NCBI RefSeq assembly: GCF_006345805.1
Contig: NC_043008.1
Coordinates: forward strand, 15,128,001 to 15,192,000
Direction: 5' to 3'
DNA: 64,000 bases
DNA from: Octopus sinensis
Lineage: Eukaryota
The position numbers were made by a program, and so were the translations under genes. Of the stretch, positions 13,425 through 25,764 are shown in pieces (position 1 is the first letter of the stretch; every line of letters begins with the position of its first letter). Under the pieces are notes generated by a model. That model did not search any database. It saw only the letters and a program-made list of their open reading frames with translations, and was not told the origin of the DNA.

Positions 13425-13841
13425 CTGAAGAGAAAAGGAAGAAATCAAATGACAGGAGAGAAATGTTGGTAAAATCAACCTCGTCCTCCATCTAATGTTA
13501 CCATGTAGTCAATGACATCAATTCTTTGCAAGACTTGGTCTACAGAGTCATCAACGCCATTACCACAAAAGAAGTGTTCAGCAAAGAAGAAACTAAATTC
13601 GACGCCGACATCTATAGACTCCGTCGTACTCTGATATCAAAGCAGACATATACTCACGTTTCTAAATACATGCTTATAATAGAAAACAGCTTCACGAAAA
13701 ATAAGTTTAGGAAGCCGATTAATAACACATGATCAGATATGCATCTGTATTGTTGCATAAGCTCACTGCACACTGAAGCATATATATATATATATGTGTG
13801 TACATATATATATGTATAGTGTATATATGTATATGTATATA

Positions 13842-13887
<46 letters not shown>

Positions 13888-13892
13888 GTGTG

Positions 13893-13924
<32 letters not shown>

Positions 13925-13970
13925 TATATGTATATCTGTATATAAGTATATGTATGTATATATATGTGTG

Positions 13971-14021
<51 letters not shown>

Positions 14022-14642
14022 GTATATAATATATATATATATAGTATAATATATGTATATATATATACATATATATATATATATACATACACATACATAA
14101 CGTATAACATACACTCATTCCTGTATTATTACTTTCAAACACACACACACATACACCCACAACCACATATATATATGTATATATCATCGCCCAAAACAGC
14201 ACACAATATCCATAAATAATGATACACGCAGCGTTTATTCAGACAGACATTGTGTGAAGAGATACAAGGTTTTATTGCTATGTATATATATCTTTAAACA
14301 ACCGATTATCCCAACCACATATACACGTATGCAATCATTGTCACCTGGATACCAATAACCGAGTATGTACAAGATGGCCGCAAAGTATGTCTACATTTTT
14401 ATTCAACTACATTAAGAAATGGCATCGTTTCAACAACGTTTCAATCGTTACTGACGCAAAGTTAGATGCACTTTCCGAGATTCACATGAACTCGATGCAG
14501 TAACTTCTTATTTCCGTGCATTTAGGCACATTCATTCATAATCGTGATACTTCCCATGTATCCAAGCATGCATACATACATACATACATACATACATACA
14601 TACATACATACATACGCACACACACATACATACATACATACA

Positions 14643-14676
<34 letters not shown>

Positions 14677-14720
14677 CATATATACATTATACATAATATA
14701 TATGTGTAAGTATATGTATT

Positions 14721-14753
<33 letters not shown>

Positions 14754-15025
14754 TGTGAAATAGAAAGATGAATAATCTTGTTGTAGATTATTTTTGTTGT
14801 AGAGTTTGGCCATGGGCTCTTAGGAGCCTCGTTCGATTTGTTTTGCTCCGCCTCTGTTCTGTTTTTGTTTTTTCCAACGGATTTCCTATTTCTTCCTGAA
14901 GAGAAAGACACAATATGGTCTCATTATTCAATCGGAATTTGGTAAATTGTGCCTTTCGAAACACGTGTAGAATGCAATAAAACGATTTCTGTTCAATCTT
15001 CGTTCAACTCCATTTCTTCAATTCA

Positions 15026-15075
<50 letters not shown>

Positions 15076-15149
15076 ATTATATAATATATATATATATAAT
15101 ATATACATATGTATATATATATATATATGTATGTCTGTGTGTGTGTATA

Positions 15150-15440
15150 CGAGGTCTGATCAATAAGTATCCGGACTGTTGGTATAGTAACGAAGCTAGA
15201 GCACTCAGAGTAAGCCGCTGGTAAATGATTGACTTTAAACGGTGCTGTGCATGCGCACTGTTTTAACGTTCTAGCTCACTTCTACTATCTACAGCAGTAT
15301 TTGCAAGGAAAGTGTGTAGCGTGTGATCGTCGCATTGAACATGGCAATAACAGTTTTCATGGCGATATCTGCTAATAGAGAGATCAAACGCTACACACCT
15401 TCCTTCTAAGTCATGTTGTAAACAGCGGAAGTGAGCTTTC
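15150..15440 (+). mobile_element. Mariner-type non-autonomous element fragment with internal inverted repeat
   Basis: TA followed by 'cgaggtctgatcaataagtatccggact' (mariner-type TIR). 15273-15328 is the imperfect reverse complement of 15382-15437. Confidence 0.65.
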
Positions 15441-15471
15441 ACCTATATATACACATATATACACATATATA

Positions 15472-15520
<49 letters not shown>

Positions 15521-15521
<1 letters not shown>

Positions 15522-15720
15522 TGGTAGGGCTTATGCTAGGGAGTCGGCCGTATGCTAGAAATAGATCATCAACGGTCAAACTAGAAGGAAATTCTCTAGA
15601 GGAAAAATACAGTGGTTCTGGTGTTCGCTGTATTTTTCCTCTAGAGAATTTCCTTGTAGTTTGATCGTTGATGATCTATTTCTAGTATACGGTCGACTCC
15701 CTAGCAGTAAGCCCTGCCAA
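15521..15720. mobile_element. 200-bp palindromic MITE with TA TSD
   Basis: About 92-bp arms ('ttggtagggctta…gaggaaaaatacag' / 'ctgtatttttcctc…taagccctgccaa'), a short spacer, and TA on both sides. Confidence 0.85.
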
Positions 15721-17758
15721 TATACACATATATTAGAATTTTCTCTGACTTCTCAGATTTTTGTATGCTGGACTACTGGTTTTAAATTGATATTAAAATT
15801 AATATTAATTTATCTCCCTCATTATTTAAATATATATATATTATATATATATTATAATATAATATATGTATATGTATATACATGCATTTATATTATATAT
15901 ATAACATGTAAACTGCGATAGATATATTGATAGATAAAGAGAGATAGAATATAAGAGAGAGAGAGAGAGAGAGAAACGGGGCAACTCCTAAATGAATGAA
16001 ACCCTTCACTACTATATAAGAATTCAGTACAAATTCATAGGTGAAATAGTGTTGCAGCCCCTAGCCCGGAATAAAATACTTGATCGACACGCAAAATGGT
16101 ATTGTGAAGCAGAACACTTTTTGAAATGTTCAAATATCTTTGGGACGCTTGTTGTCTAATACTGACAAAAGTATGAAGAACACAAAAGAACACATTATGT
16201 CGGAGAGGGCGCTTCAAAATGACTTCGGGATTTTACACCTTTTGCGTGAAGACAGAATGTTTCCTCAAGACAAACCACAATGAGAATGGCCTTTTAACAG
16301 TTACAGTTCAAACATACCCGCAAAGTATTTGAATTGAGCGAAAATTTTGTTTATTCCACAACACTGATTAACGTGCCAAACATGTAAAATATTTTGTAAT
16401 TCTGAAATAGAATTCTTAAATCAAACTTTACCTTACGGAATATCAGTAATTCTGCAGTAAATTGTTTAATAGGTTTTCCAATAAATGTATTTATAGTTCT
16501 CACCGGAGAGCTATCATCGAAATATATTTTTTGAAAACTAATTATTTCCTAGAAAAAAAAAAAAACAGAGACACATTTTAGTCAATGATTCTGGTGTCTA
16601 AATACTTATACATGAAAGGTCACTGCTATCTAGCAATTACAGTCAACGGGGAAACTACAAAAAAAGATTGACACTATTTCTCTAGAAGTAATTGTGTGTA
16701 ATCCAATATGCGAATATATGCTAAAATGTTGAAGCTTACTGACCATTATATTCTACATTTTTTCATGAGTTCAAAAATTTATTATACGGTTTGTATAGAG
16801 ATGGCGGGTCCATTGCTACATGTAATATGAAAGCTCAGCAATAAGATGAACTCGTAACAAATCTCTGTGGTATTTTAATTTTTGCGGTTGATAGAAACTT
16901 ACATGTTATAAATTTTGCATGTATTACTTAAAATTAGAATCTAATAAATGCGAATTACCCATTCGGAAAGCCAACAGATAAGTTAATGTGTATAAAGATT
17001 AATAATATTCTAATAAAAAATGTTAATATAACACAATACCGGATTCCATCTGATATATTTTCTATCAACAAAACAAATCCTTGTTATGTTGATGAAATTT
17101 AGATTCCCATAAATAACAATAATGGTGATGATAATGATAAATCTGATGATGATGACGACGATGATGACGATGAGAACGATGACGACGGTAATGATTACGG
17201 CGGTGACGAAGGTAAGGATGATGATGATGATGAGGATGATAGTGATGATGCTGATATATCTCAGACAGATAAAACTGAAAAACTTATAATTGTTTGGATT
17301 AATATTCCGTTTTACATAAATATACAGAGACGTATAGCTAGCCATGTTTTTTTTTAATTAGAAAAAACATTTTCCCAAATATCATAAATGGAATGAAATT
17401 TATACTAGAAATAATATAACATTAAGATTCAGCTGCACATGAAATATTCCAATAAAAGTAGCAAGAATAAATTAAAAAATAAAAGAAAAAATGTAGGCCG
17501 CTATTTCAAATTATTCCCCTTTGTGTAATTATTCTAACCCTGTAAAATGCCCATAAATGATTTATGTCTTTCGAAAGAGATCGTTTATTTTGTGAAAGTA
17601 TTTACATCTAATGATTTAATCAACAGTATATCCAGAGGAATATACTGAAGCAAATTTGTCAAAATATACCTTGTCTATAAAACAAAGATCAAAACCTATA
17701 ACCTCATTTGTAAGGTATTAGAATACATCTAATCATTAGAGCTGATATATTTGTCGCC

Positions 17759-17816
<58 letters not shown>

Positions 17817-17826
17817 TAATAATAAT

Positions 17827-17874
<48 letters not shown>

Positions 17875-17881
17875 AATAATA

Positions 17882-17923
<42 letters not shown>

Positions 17924-17927
17924 TATA

Positions 17928-19665
17928 ACTGTCACCTCTATCTGATATGCTAAATAGAACTGGATGCGGATATAAATGTTACGGCAAAACGATCAGCCAC
18001 CTTTTATATATGGATGACCTAAAACTATACGCTGCAAATGACAAACAGCTGGAAACACTATTAAAGACAGTTCATGGATTTACAAAGAAATAGATATGAA
18101 ATTTGGATTAGAAAAATGCGCCAAAGTAACCATGAAAAGAGGAAAACTAGTTAAGAGTAACAACATCACACTAGATGAAGCAAATGAAATAAAAGAATTA
18201 GACCAAAGCCAAACTTACAAATACTTAGGAATCCATGAACTAGATAAGACACAACACACACAAATGAAAGAGAAAATAAAAAAAGAATATTATAGACGAG
18301 TTAGATCAATACTAAACACAGAGCTCAATGCTAAAAACAAGATAATAGGTATCAACACTTTAGCTGTCCCAGTTATAAGTTACAGCTACAATATCCTTAA
18401 CTGGACACGAAATGAACTGACCAAAATAGACAGGAAAACAAGAAAAATAATGACAGGATCTAGGATGCATCACCCAAAATCTGACATAGAAAGACTATAT
18501 ATACAACGTATAGAAGGTGGTAGAGGCCTTATACAGCTGGAAAACTACTAAAAATAACCACCATAGGACTGCAAAAATATCTACTTCAGAAGGAAGGAAA
18601 ACTGATCCAGATAGCGGCAAAACACGAGCAAAACAAAAAATGTTCTCAGTATTTAAGGAAGCTGACAAATACCAAACAAGAAATCATACCACCTAATAAA
18701 CATGAAGAAGAAGAAGAGATGAAGAAACAACAAAAGCTATAAAAAAATGAAATCCAAACTAAAAATAGAACAGCAACGAACCATGATAAAACGATGGCAA
18801 GAAAAGCCCCTTCATGGTAAATACTGGACTAAACTAAACGCAAAAGAAATAGACAAAGAAAAATCCCAGCAATGGTTGAGAAGCTCAGGACTCAAAGCAG
18901 AAACAGAGGGATTTTTAATTGCAGCACAAGACCAAAGCCTCCCCACCAGAAATTACCAAAAACATGTAATGAAAAGAAATATTACAAGTAACTGCAGAAT
19001 ATGTGGAGATGGACAAGAAACAATAAATCATATTATCTCTAGCTGCCCAGTCCTGGCTAAGAAGGAATATATTCACAGACATGACAGAGTTGGAACTTAC
19101 ATACATTGGAGGCTATGCCAACATTATGGAATAACAACAGAAAAAAGATGGTATAGGCACACACCAGAAAAGGTCACAGAAAACGAGAAAGCAACCATAC
19201 TCTGGGATATGCCGATACACACAGATAGAAAAATTAAGGCCAACAGACCAGATATAGTTGTCAGAGACCATGAAGAAAAAAAATGCTTTCTAATTGATGT
19301 ATCAGTACCGGCAGATGACAACGTGTCTCTAAAAGAAATGGAGAAACTCTCAAAATACAAAGACCTGGAAATAGAGGTAACTAGAATGTGGAATCTGAAA
19401 ACAGAAACAATTCCTATCATAGTAGGTGCATTAGGCATGATAAAACAATATTCAGACAAATACATAACAAAAACACCAGGACTTACAAACACACATAACA
19501 TACAGAAAATTGCACTACTAGGCACTGCACACATCCTACGCAGAACACTTTCCATACAATAACCATCAGAGCATCACAACAAATCACAGCACATACCCAA
19601 GGCACACAGAGCTGCGCTCGGTAGTGAAGTGAAAGCACGCTATAAAAATAAAAATAAAACTACTG
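17928..19665 (+). mobile_element. 5'-truncated R4/Dong-like non-LTR retrotransposon (RT plus CCHC plus restriction-like endonuclease), disrupted
   Basis: RT 'SHLLYMDDLKLY', 'KFGLEKCAK', 'YKYLG', 'GGRGL'; zinc knuckle 'CRICGDGQETINHIISSC'; RLE 'RHD…ANRPDIVV…LIDVSVP…KYKDL'. Frameshift near 18090 and stop at 18549-18551. (TAA)n arrays on both sides. Confidence 0.92.
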
Positions 19666-19675
19666 AATAATAATA

Positions 19676-19733
<58 letters not shown>

Positions 19734-19735
<2 letters not shown>

Positions 19736-20376
19736 GCCCTGATGCAGTACCAGACACTGGCTCTCATGGCTTCTGATCTTAACTGATTGGAAGTGTTATC
19801 ATGTACATTGTTTTGTCTTGGTATAAAAGATGGGCTACAGCAAATATTCAGCTCAATACCACAGATTTGCTTGTCAGTTGTTTGACCATAACCAGTTGAC
19901 CATGTGTCTTAGTAGCTGACGATCTGTGCACCTCTGATCACAAGCAGAAGTAGTGGTGGAGTATCATAGTCATGTGTTGAAAGGAATTCTTAGAGGTTTG
20001 GATAATTCACCTTTGGAAACATGGGTGGTTCGTTCAATATCCTTAAATAATCCTTATTCAGGGACCTTTTGAGCGGGATGGGTTACTCGACCAGAAGAAA
20101 ATTCTAACTGGGTCCCACCTGCAATGTCATGTACTGTTTATCTTGACACGAGATCACCATGTCGTGCATATATGGTTGTGATGCATGTACCTGGTGTATC
20201 CTTATCAGGTGCGTGGTCATGATAGTGGGCTTCGTATATCTGTAGTAATGAGCAAATCTGTAGTATTGAGCAGAATATTTGCTGTAGCCCATCTTTTATA
20301 CTAACACAAAACATTTATTATTATTATTAATATTTTACCCCAGTGTCACTTTGATGGCATGCACTGGTCTCTCACT

Positions 20377-20412
<36 letters not shown>

Positions 20413-20460
20413 TAATATTTTACCCCAGTGTCACTTTGATGGCATGCACTGCTCTCTCAT
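19734..20460. mobile_element. Unclassified ~0.6-kb interspersed repeat, copy 1, rearranged
   Basis: Homologous end-to-end, in reverse orientation, to 36166-36706. Carries an inverted self-insert (20252-20313) and an 85-bp-period duplication of its end. Confidence 0.75.
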
Positions 20461-20530
<70 letters not shown>

Positions 20531-20547
20531 TAATAATAATAATAATT

Positions 20548-20739
20548 CTTTCTACTATAGGTACAAGACCTGAAGTTGGAGCAAATGGGATTAGTTGATT
20601 GCATCAATTCCAGTGTTTTGCTGGTGCTTAAATTATTGATCCCGAAAGGATAAAAGCAATTTGAACCCAGAACGTAGCGACGGACTAAATAGCGCTAAGC
20701 AGTTCATCCAGCGTGCTAACCATTCTGCCAGCGCGCTGC
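20548..20739 (-). mobile_element. SINE family B, diverged
   Basis: 'aatttgaacccagaacgtagcgacggac…gctaaccattctgccagc' matches the reverse complement of the family-B head (45099). Confidence 0.7.
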
Positions 20740-20864
20740 GTTTCTACTACAACTACTGCTGCTGCTGCTCCCCCTCCTCCTCCTCCTCCTACTACTACTA
20801 CTACTACTACGACGACGACGTCGACAACGACGACGACGTCGACAACGACGACGACGTCGAATAA

Positions 20865-20922
<58 letters not shown>

Positions 20923-20925
<3 letters not shown>

Positions 20926-21080
20926 GTTCCAAATTTTGCTAGAAGGGTAGCAATTTTGATGAAGAGATAAGTCGATTACATGGACTCCAGTGTTTTACTA
21001 GTACTTAATTTATCGACACCGGAGAACGAAAGGCAAAGTCAAACTCGGCAGTATTTGAACCAGGACGTAGCGACGCGTGA
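20923..21080 (-). mobile_element. SINE family B, fragment
   Basis: 'gtcgattacat…gtacttaatttatcgac…aaaggcaaagtc…ctcggc' motif. Confidence 0.65.
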
Positions 21081-21614
21081 AATATATATTGGTGTGTGTA
21101 TGTGAGTTTGTGTCTGTGTATGTGAATGTGTACGTGTGTTTCCCATACACATTATACGGTCCATTATTTAATTTAAGAATATTTAACCATTACTTTGATA
21201 TCTCGTTAAGGAGGACTTCTCAAACACTACGTAGACGAATGCAGTTATGGTAAGCGAAATCATTCTAAAATCATGTGCATTTACGCAATAAACTGTTGTT
21301 TGAATGGTTTTAAGAGCTAACCAGTTCACACCAATAGGACGTTAATTACTCGCTCTCCAAAGATAGAGAAATACAGAAATGTCTCATTTAAACTTTCTTC
21401 AATGGCAGAAGCTACAGGTGAAAGTGGTTATAAGGAGTTGTTGAATCTAGAGCACAATCGATTCAGTTTATATTTTAGGCTTTTATGTTCTCACTTCACA
21501 AAAGAGCGCCAAATGTACAGTGAAAAGTAGGAGAGCTGCTTTTAATGTGACATGCTCGATAGAGAAGCTATTCCCTCTTCCTTTCCTGCTTTATATCTCT
21601 CTCTTTATATATAC

Positions 21615-21645
<31 letters not shown>

Positions 21646-22156
21646 GTGTGTGTGTGTGTGTATATAATATATGTATATGTGTGTGTGCATGTGTATGTAT
21701 ATGTATATTTATATAAGTATATATATGTATGTGTGAGCTTATATCTATACATAGATGCATACGTATATACGCATAATGTCATTTCTTCCAGGAGATAGAT
21801 AGATAGTGTGAGAGAGAGAGAGAGAGAGAGAGAGAAAGAAAGAGAGATAGCGAGAGAGAAAGGGAGAAAGAGAGAACCCACTACTAGAATGGACTTCTTG
21901 TCTTCCATTCCGTACGCCTGCACGTATGGCTGTGTATGAAAGCAGTGTGCGCATGTTCACGTACGCACATGCAGACATATATATGTATGTACATATACAT
22001 ACACAAACGCATGCAAATGTTCGCACATACAGATAATTGCACATATGCGCATTCTCCTGAGTGAGAGACACACCAGCAGATCGACAATGATATATAGATA
22101 TGTGCAGATAATTATACATATCAGTATATATACACACACATGCAAATATCATCTGT

Positions 22157-22226
<70 letters not shown>

Positions 22227-23042
22227 GTGTAAATATACATATAAATATATACATAGATGCATATATATGCATATATATATATACATATATATATATATAC
22301 ACGTATATACATATATATACTTTCGTATATGTTTAAATATATATATAAATGCATATATATAAATATGTACATATATATATACATATATATAAATATATAT
22401 ATATATGTATATATAACGTACATGTTATATATGAATGTATGTATATATATATATATATATCCGTATACATATATATGAAACAGTTTGTACGTATATGTAC
22501 ATATATATATATACACATATATGCACACGCATATATTTACATACGTACGTATATACATACATGCGTACATACACACATGCACACACAGGTACGCATACAT
22601 CCAGTAAAGTGTTTGGTAATTTGATTATTTCATTGAAGCCGTGTCAGACAGCGAAACCGCAAGGGAGGCTGCTTCATTTCAATATTCTTATGATATATGA
22701 TCTCTGCTGATCTGTCATTCAACTCAATCTAAATCAATATCTAAACTATTCCATTGCAAATGTACGAATGACCTACCTCTAAAAATCTTCTTAAAGTTGA
22801 CACCGAATTGCACTTACATGAATGGAAATCATCATACAATTTCCTATTTCGCTGCTTTAGTTTTATTTCTAAAGCAATTTCATTTTGATACAAAATAGAA
22901 AATAATAATAATAATAATGATGATAATAATGATAATAATAATGATGATGATGATAATAATAATGATGATAAAAATAAAAATAATAATAATAATAATAATG
23001 ATGATGATAATAATAATGATAATAATAATAATAATAATAATG

Positions 23043-23093
<51 letters not shown>

Positions 23094-23137
23094 GAAATAA
23101 TAATAATATTAAAAAATTAATAATAATAATAATAATA

Positions 23138-23176
<39 letters not shown>

Positions 23177-23178
<2 letters not shown>

Positions 23179-23523
23179 CGGCAGATGACAACGTGTCTCT
23201 AAAAGAAATGGAGAAACTCTCAAAATACAAAGACCTGGAAATAGAGATAACTAGAATGTGGAATCTGAAAACAGAAACAATTCCTATCATAGTAGGTGCA
23301 TAGGCATGATAAAAAAAATTCAGACAAATACATATAAAAACACCAGGACTTACAAACACATATAACATACAGAAAATTGCACTACTAGGCACTGCACACA
23401 TCCTACGCAGAACACTTTCCATACAATAACCATCAGAGCATCACAACAAATCACAGCACATACCCAAGGCACACAGAGCTGCGCTCGGTAGTGAAGTGAA
23501 AGCACGCTATAAAAATAAAACTA

Positions 23524-23526
<3 letters not shown>
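23177..23526 (+). mobile_element. Second R4/Dong-like copy, extreme 5' truncation
   Basis: Near-identical to about 19307-19665, with the same 3' end 'aaaactactg' followed by (AAT)n; lies inside a (TAA)n array. Confidence 0.92.
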
Positions 23527-23564
<38 letters not shown>

Positions 23565-24004
23565 GAATGTTGGCGGTGGTTATGATGATGAGGATGATGA
23601 CGACGTCGACAATATTAATGATGATGAGCAGGACGTTGATGGTGATGTAATGATGGTGTTGATGATGATGATGATGATGGCGTAGAAGATGATGATGATG
23701 CCGATGATGACGATGATGTTGATGATGATGATGATGTTGATGGTGATAGTCGGTTAGTGTAAAGTCTACCACGATGCTCAGTCATAAATCTTTTGTAATG
23801 AACGAAAGGAAGTGAGCAGAATTTTGTCTCAGATAAAAATCTAGAGAGGTTAGATAATGAACTACACAATATTAATAAGTATTTAAAAAAAATGATAAAA
23901 TATAATAAAATTATAATAAAATGTCACAACAATGTAAGTATGTAAACACACATATGCACACACACAGACACGCGCACGCACACAGGCATATATACACGCG
24001 CTCA

Positions 24005-24043
<39 letters not shown>

Positions 24044-24212
24044 GTATATATATATATATGCACGTATATATATATATACATTTTATATATATATATATAT
24101 ATATAACGCATGCACACATGTATAGAAACCTATATGTATACATACATACATTCATACATATATATAGAGATATTATATATGTATACACACACACATACGC
24201 ACACAGACACAG

Positions 24213-24248
<36 letters not shown>

Positions 24249-24429
24249 TATATATATATATATAATAGCTATCGCCATACTAATATGGCATTCTTATAAA
24301 AATAAGAAAAAACCTGTCCGCTTATTAGCTCCATGAGGCCATCGCCTTAAGTTAGCTATTTGATACACAAACTGTATCCATATAACCTTGAACAAGGGAG
24401 GTCAGTCGCTCCACACTACTTGACCGGCA

Positions 24430-24470
24430 GCTACAGACGCGTTTCGGAGTATTGCCCCTTTCAATGCAGC
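24430..24470 (-). ncRNA. Hammerhead copy with one core A missing
   Basis: Reverse complement of 24814-24855 except UUGAAA instead of UUGAAAA. Confidence 0.6.
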
Positions 24471-24813
24471 GTAGCCAGCCAGTAGGTGTCGCTTCCGACA
24501 ATCTCTGTTCGATGGTTTATTTACCTAGTTTCGGTGGAATACATCCACTTTTTTTTCAATAATAGAAATATTAAGGCGATCTCTCCTATAAGAGAACAGC
24601 GGCAGCGTTCCCGGAAAAAAATAGCTATCCGCCACCTAATATGGCATTCTTATAAAAATAAGAAAAAGCTGTCCCCTTATTAGCTCCATGAGGGAGGCAT
24701 CGCCTTAAGTCTATTTGATACACAAACTGTATCATATAACCTTCGAACAACAGGAGGTCAGTCGCTCCTCAACAGACTTGACCGGCAGCTACAGACACCT
24801 ACTGGCTGGCTAC

Positions 24814-24855
24814 GCTGCATTGAAAAGGGGCAATACTCCGAAACGCGTCTGTAGC
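24814..24855 (+). ncRNA. Type-I hammerhead ribozyme (U3-A8 covariant core)
   Basis: Stem I GCUGCA/UGUAGC; core UUGAAAA; stem II GGGG-caaua-CUCC; GAAA; palindromic stem III ACGCGU; cleavage triplet GUC (C at 24849). Confidence 0.8.
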
Positions 24856-25091
24856 TGCCGGTCAAGTAGTGTGGAGCGACTGACCTCCCTTGTTCGAAGG
24901 TTATATGGATACAGTTGTGTATCAAATAGCTAACTTAAGGCGATGGCCTCATGGAGCTAATAAGCGGACAGGTTTTTTCTTATTTTTATAAGAATGCCAT
25001 ATTAGTATGGCGATAGCTATTATTTTCCGGGAACGCTGCCGTGTTCTCTTTTAGAGAGACTTAGTTATTTTAATATTTCTATTATATATAT

Positions 25092-25138
<47 letters not shown>

Positions 25139-25764
25139 GTATATATATATATAATGCATGCACACATTTATAGAAACCTATATGTATACATACATACGTA
25201 CATATTTTATATATATATACACACGCACATACACACACACATATATATACATACGTACACACACATGCATATACACATAGGTATACACACGTGTGTTTGC
25301 TTATGTACGGCGTCATTTTTGATATCCAAGCAACATAACTTCAGTAGATTTTTTTTTATATCACAATCGTTTCTTTGATTGAATATTTGAATTTGTCTCA
25401 AAATTACTGAAGCTAGTAAGTCTATTGTTATGTATCAATGATTTCTCTGTAAAATAATTCTTTTGCTTTTTCGAAACTTTGATATTTTTTTCTTAAACCC
25501 GATATTGTGTATTAAATAATCAACCTACCGTTTTCACCACAGCTCTGTTTAACATGTCGCATACTGGGCAAGCTTCTGGTCATTGGAAACATGAAAGTGG
25601 TTTCACGGAAAATGAAATGCAACAAATTATTACAAACATTAATATAGAAGCGACACAATTCCTTACGAATAATGAAGAATATAGTTATTATTCTTTACAT
25701 GCTCAATATAAAGAATTGTATTAAATACATTTAATACAGTTCTATATTTAAGGGATGAGGAATT

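Larger units (their letters stand above)
24264..25083. mobile_element. Non-coding hammerhead-bearing element (retrozyme-like or Penelope pseudo-LTR) with tandem plus inverted arrangement
   Basis: 24264-24490 is a near-perfect reverse complement of 24794-25021. 24620-24793 repeats 24264-24435 directly. 24561-24620 is inverted at 25021-25083. Contains hammerhead motifs; no coding capacity. Confidence 0.75.

Noticed and set aside
18915-19555. Minus-strand ORFs (63 aa and 143 aa), also 23117-23422
   Set aside because: Antisense shadows of the Dong-like LINE ORF.
24264-25083. Repeat-spacer pattern as a CRISPR array
   Set aside because: Eukaryotic context; repeats are about 170-230 bp, tandem and inverted, with no short repeats or unique spacers. 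No CRISPR array was seen anywhere in the window.
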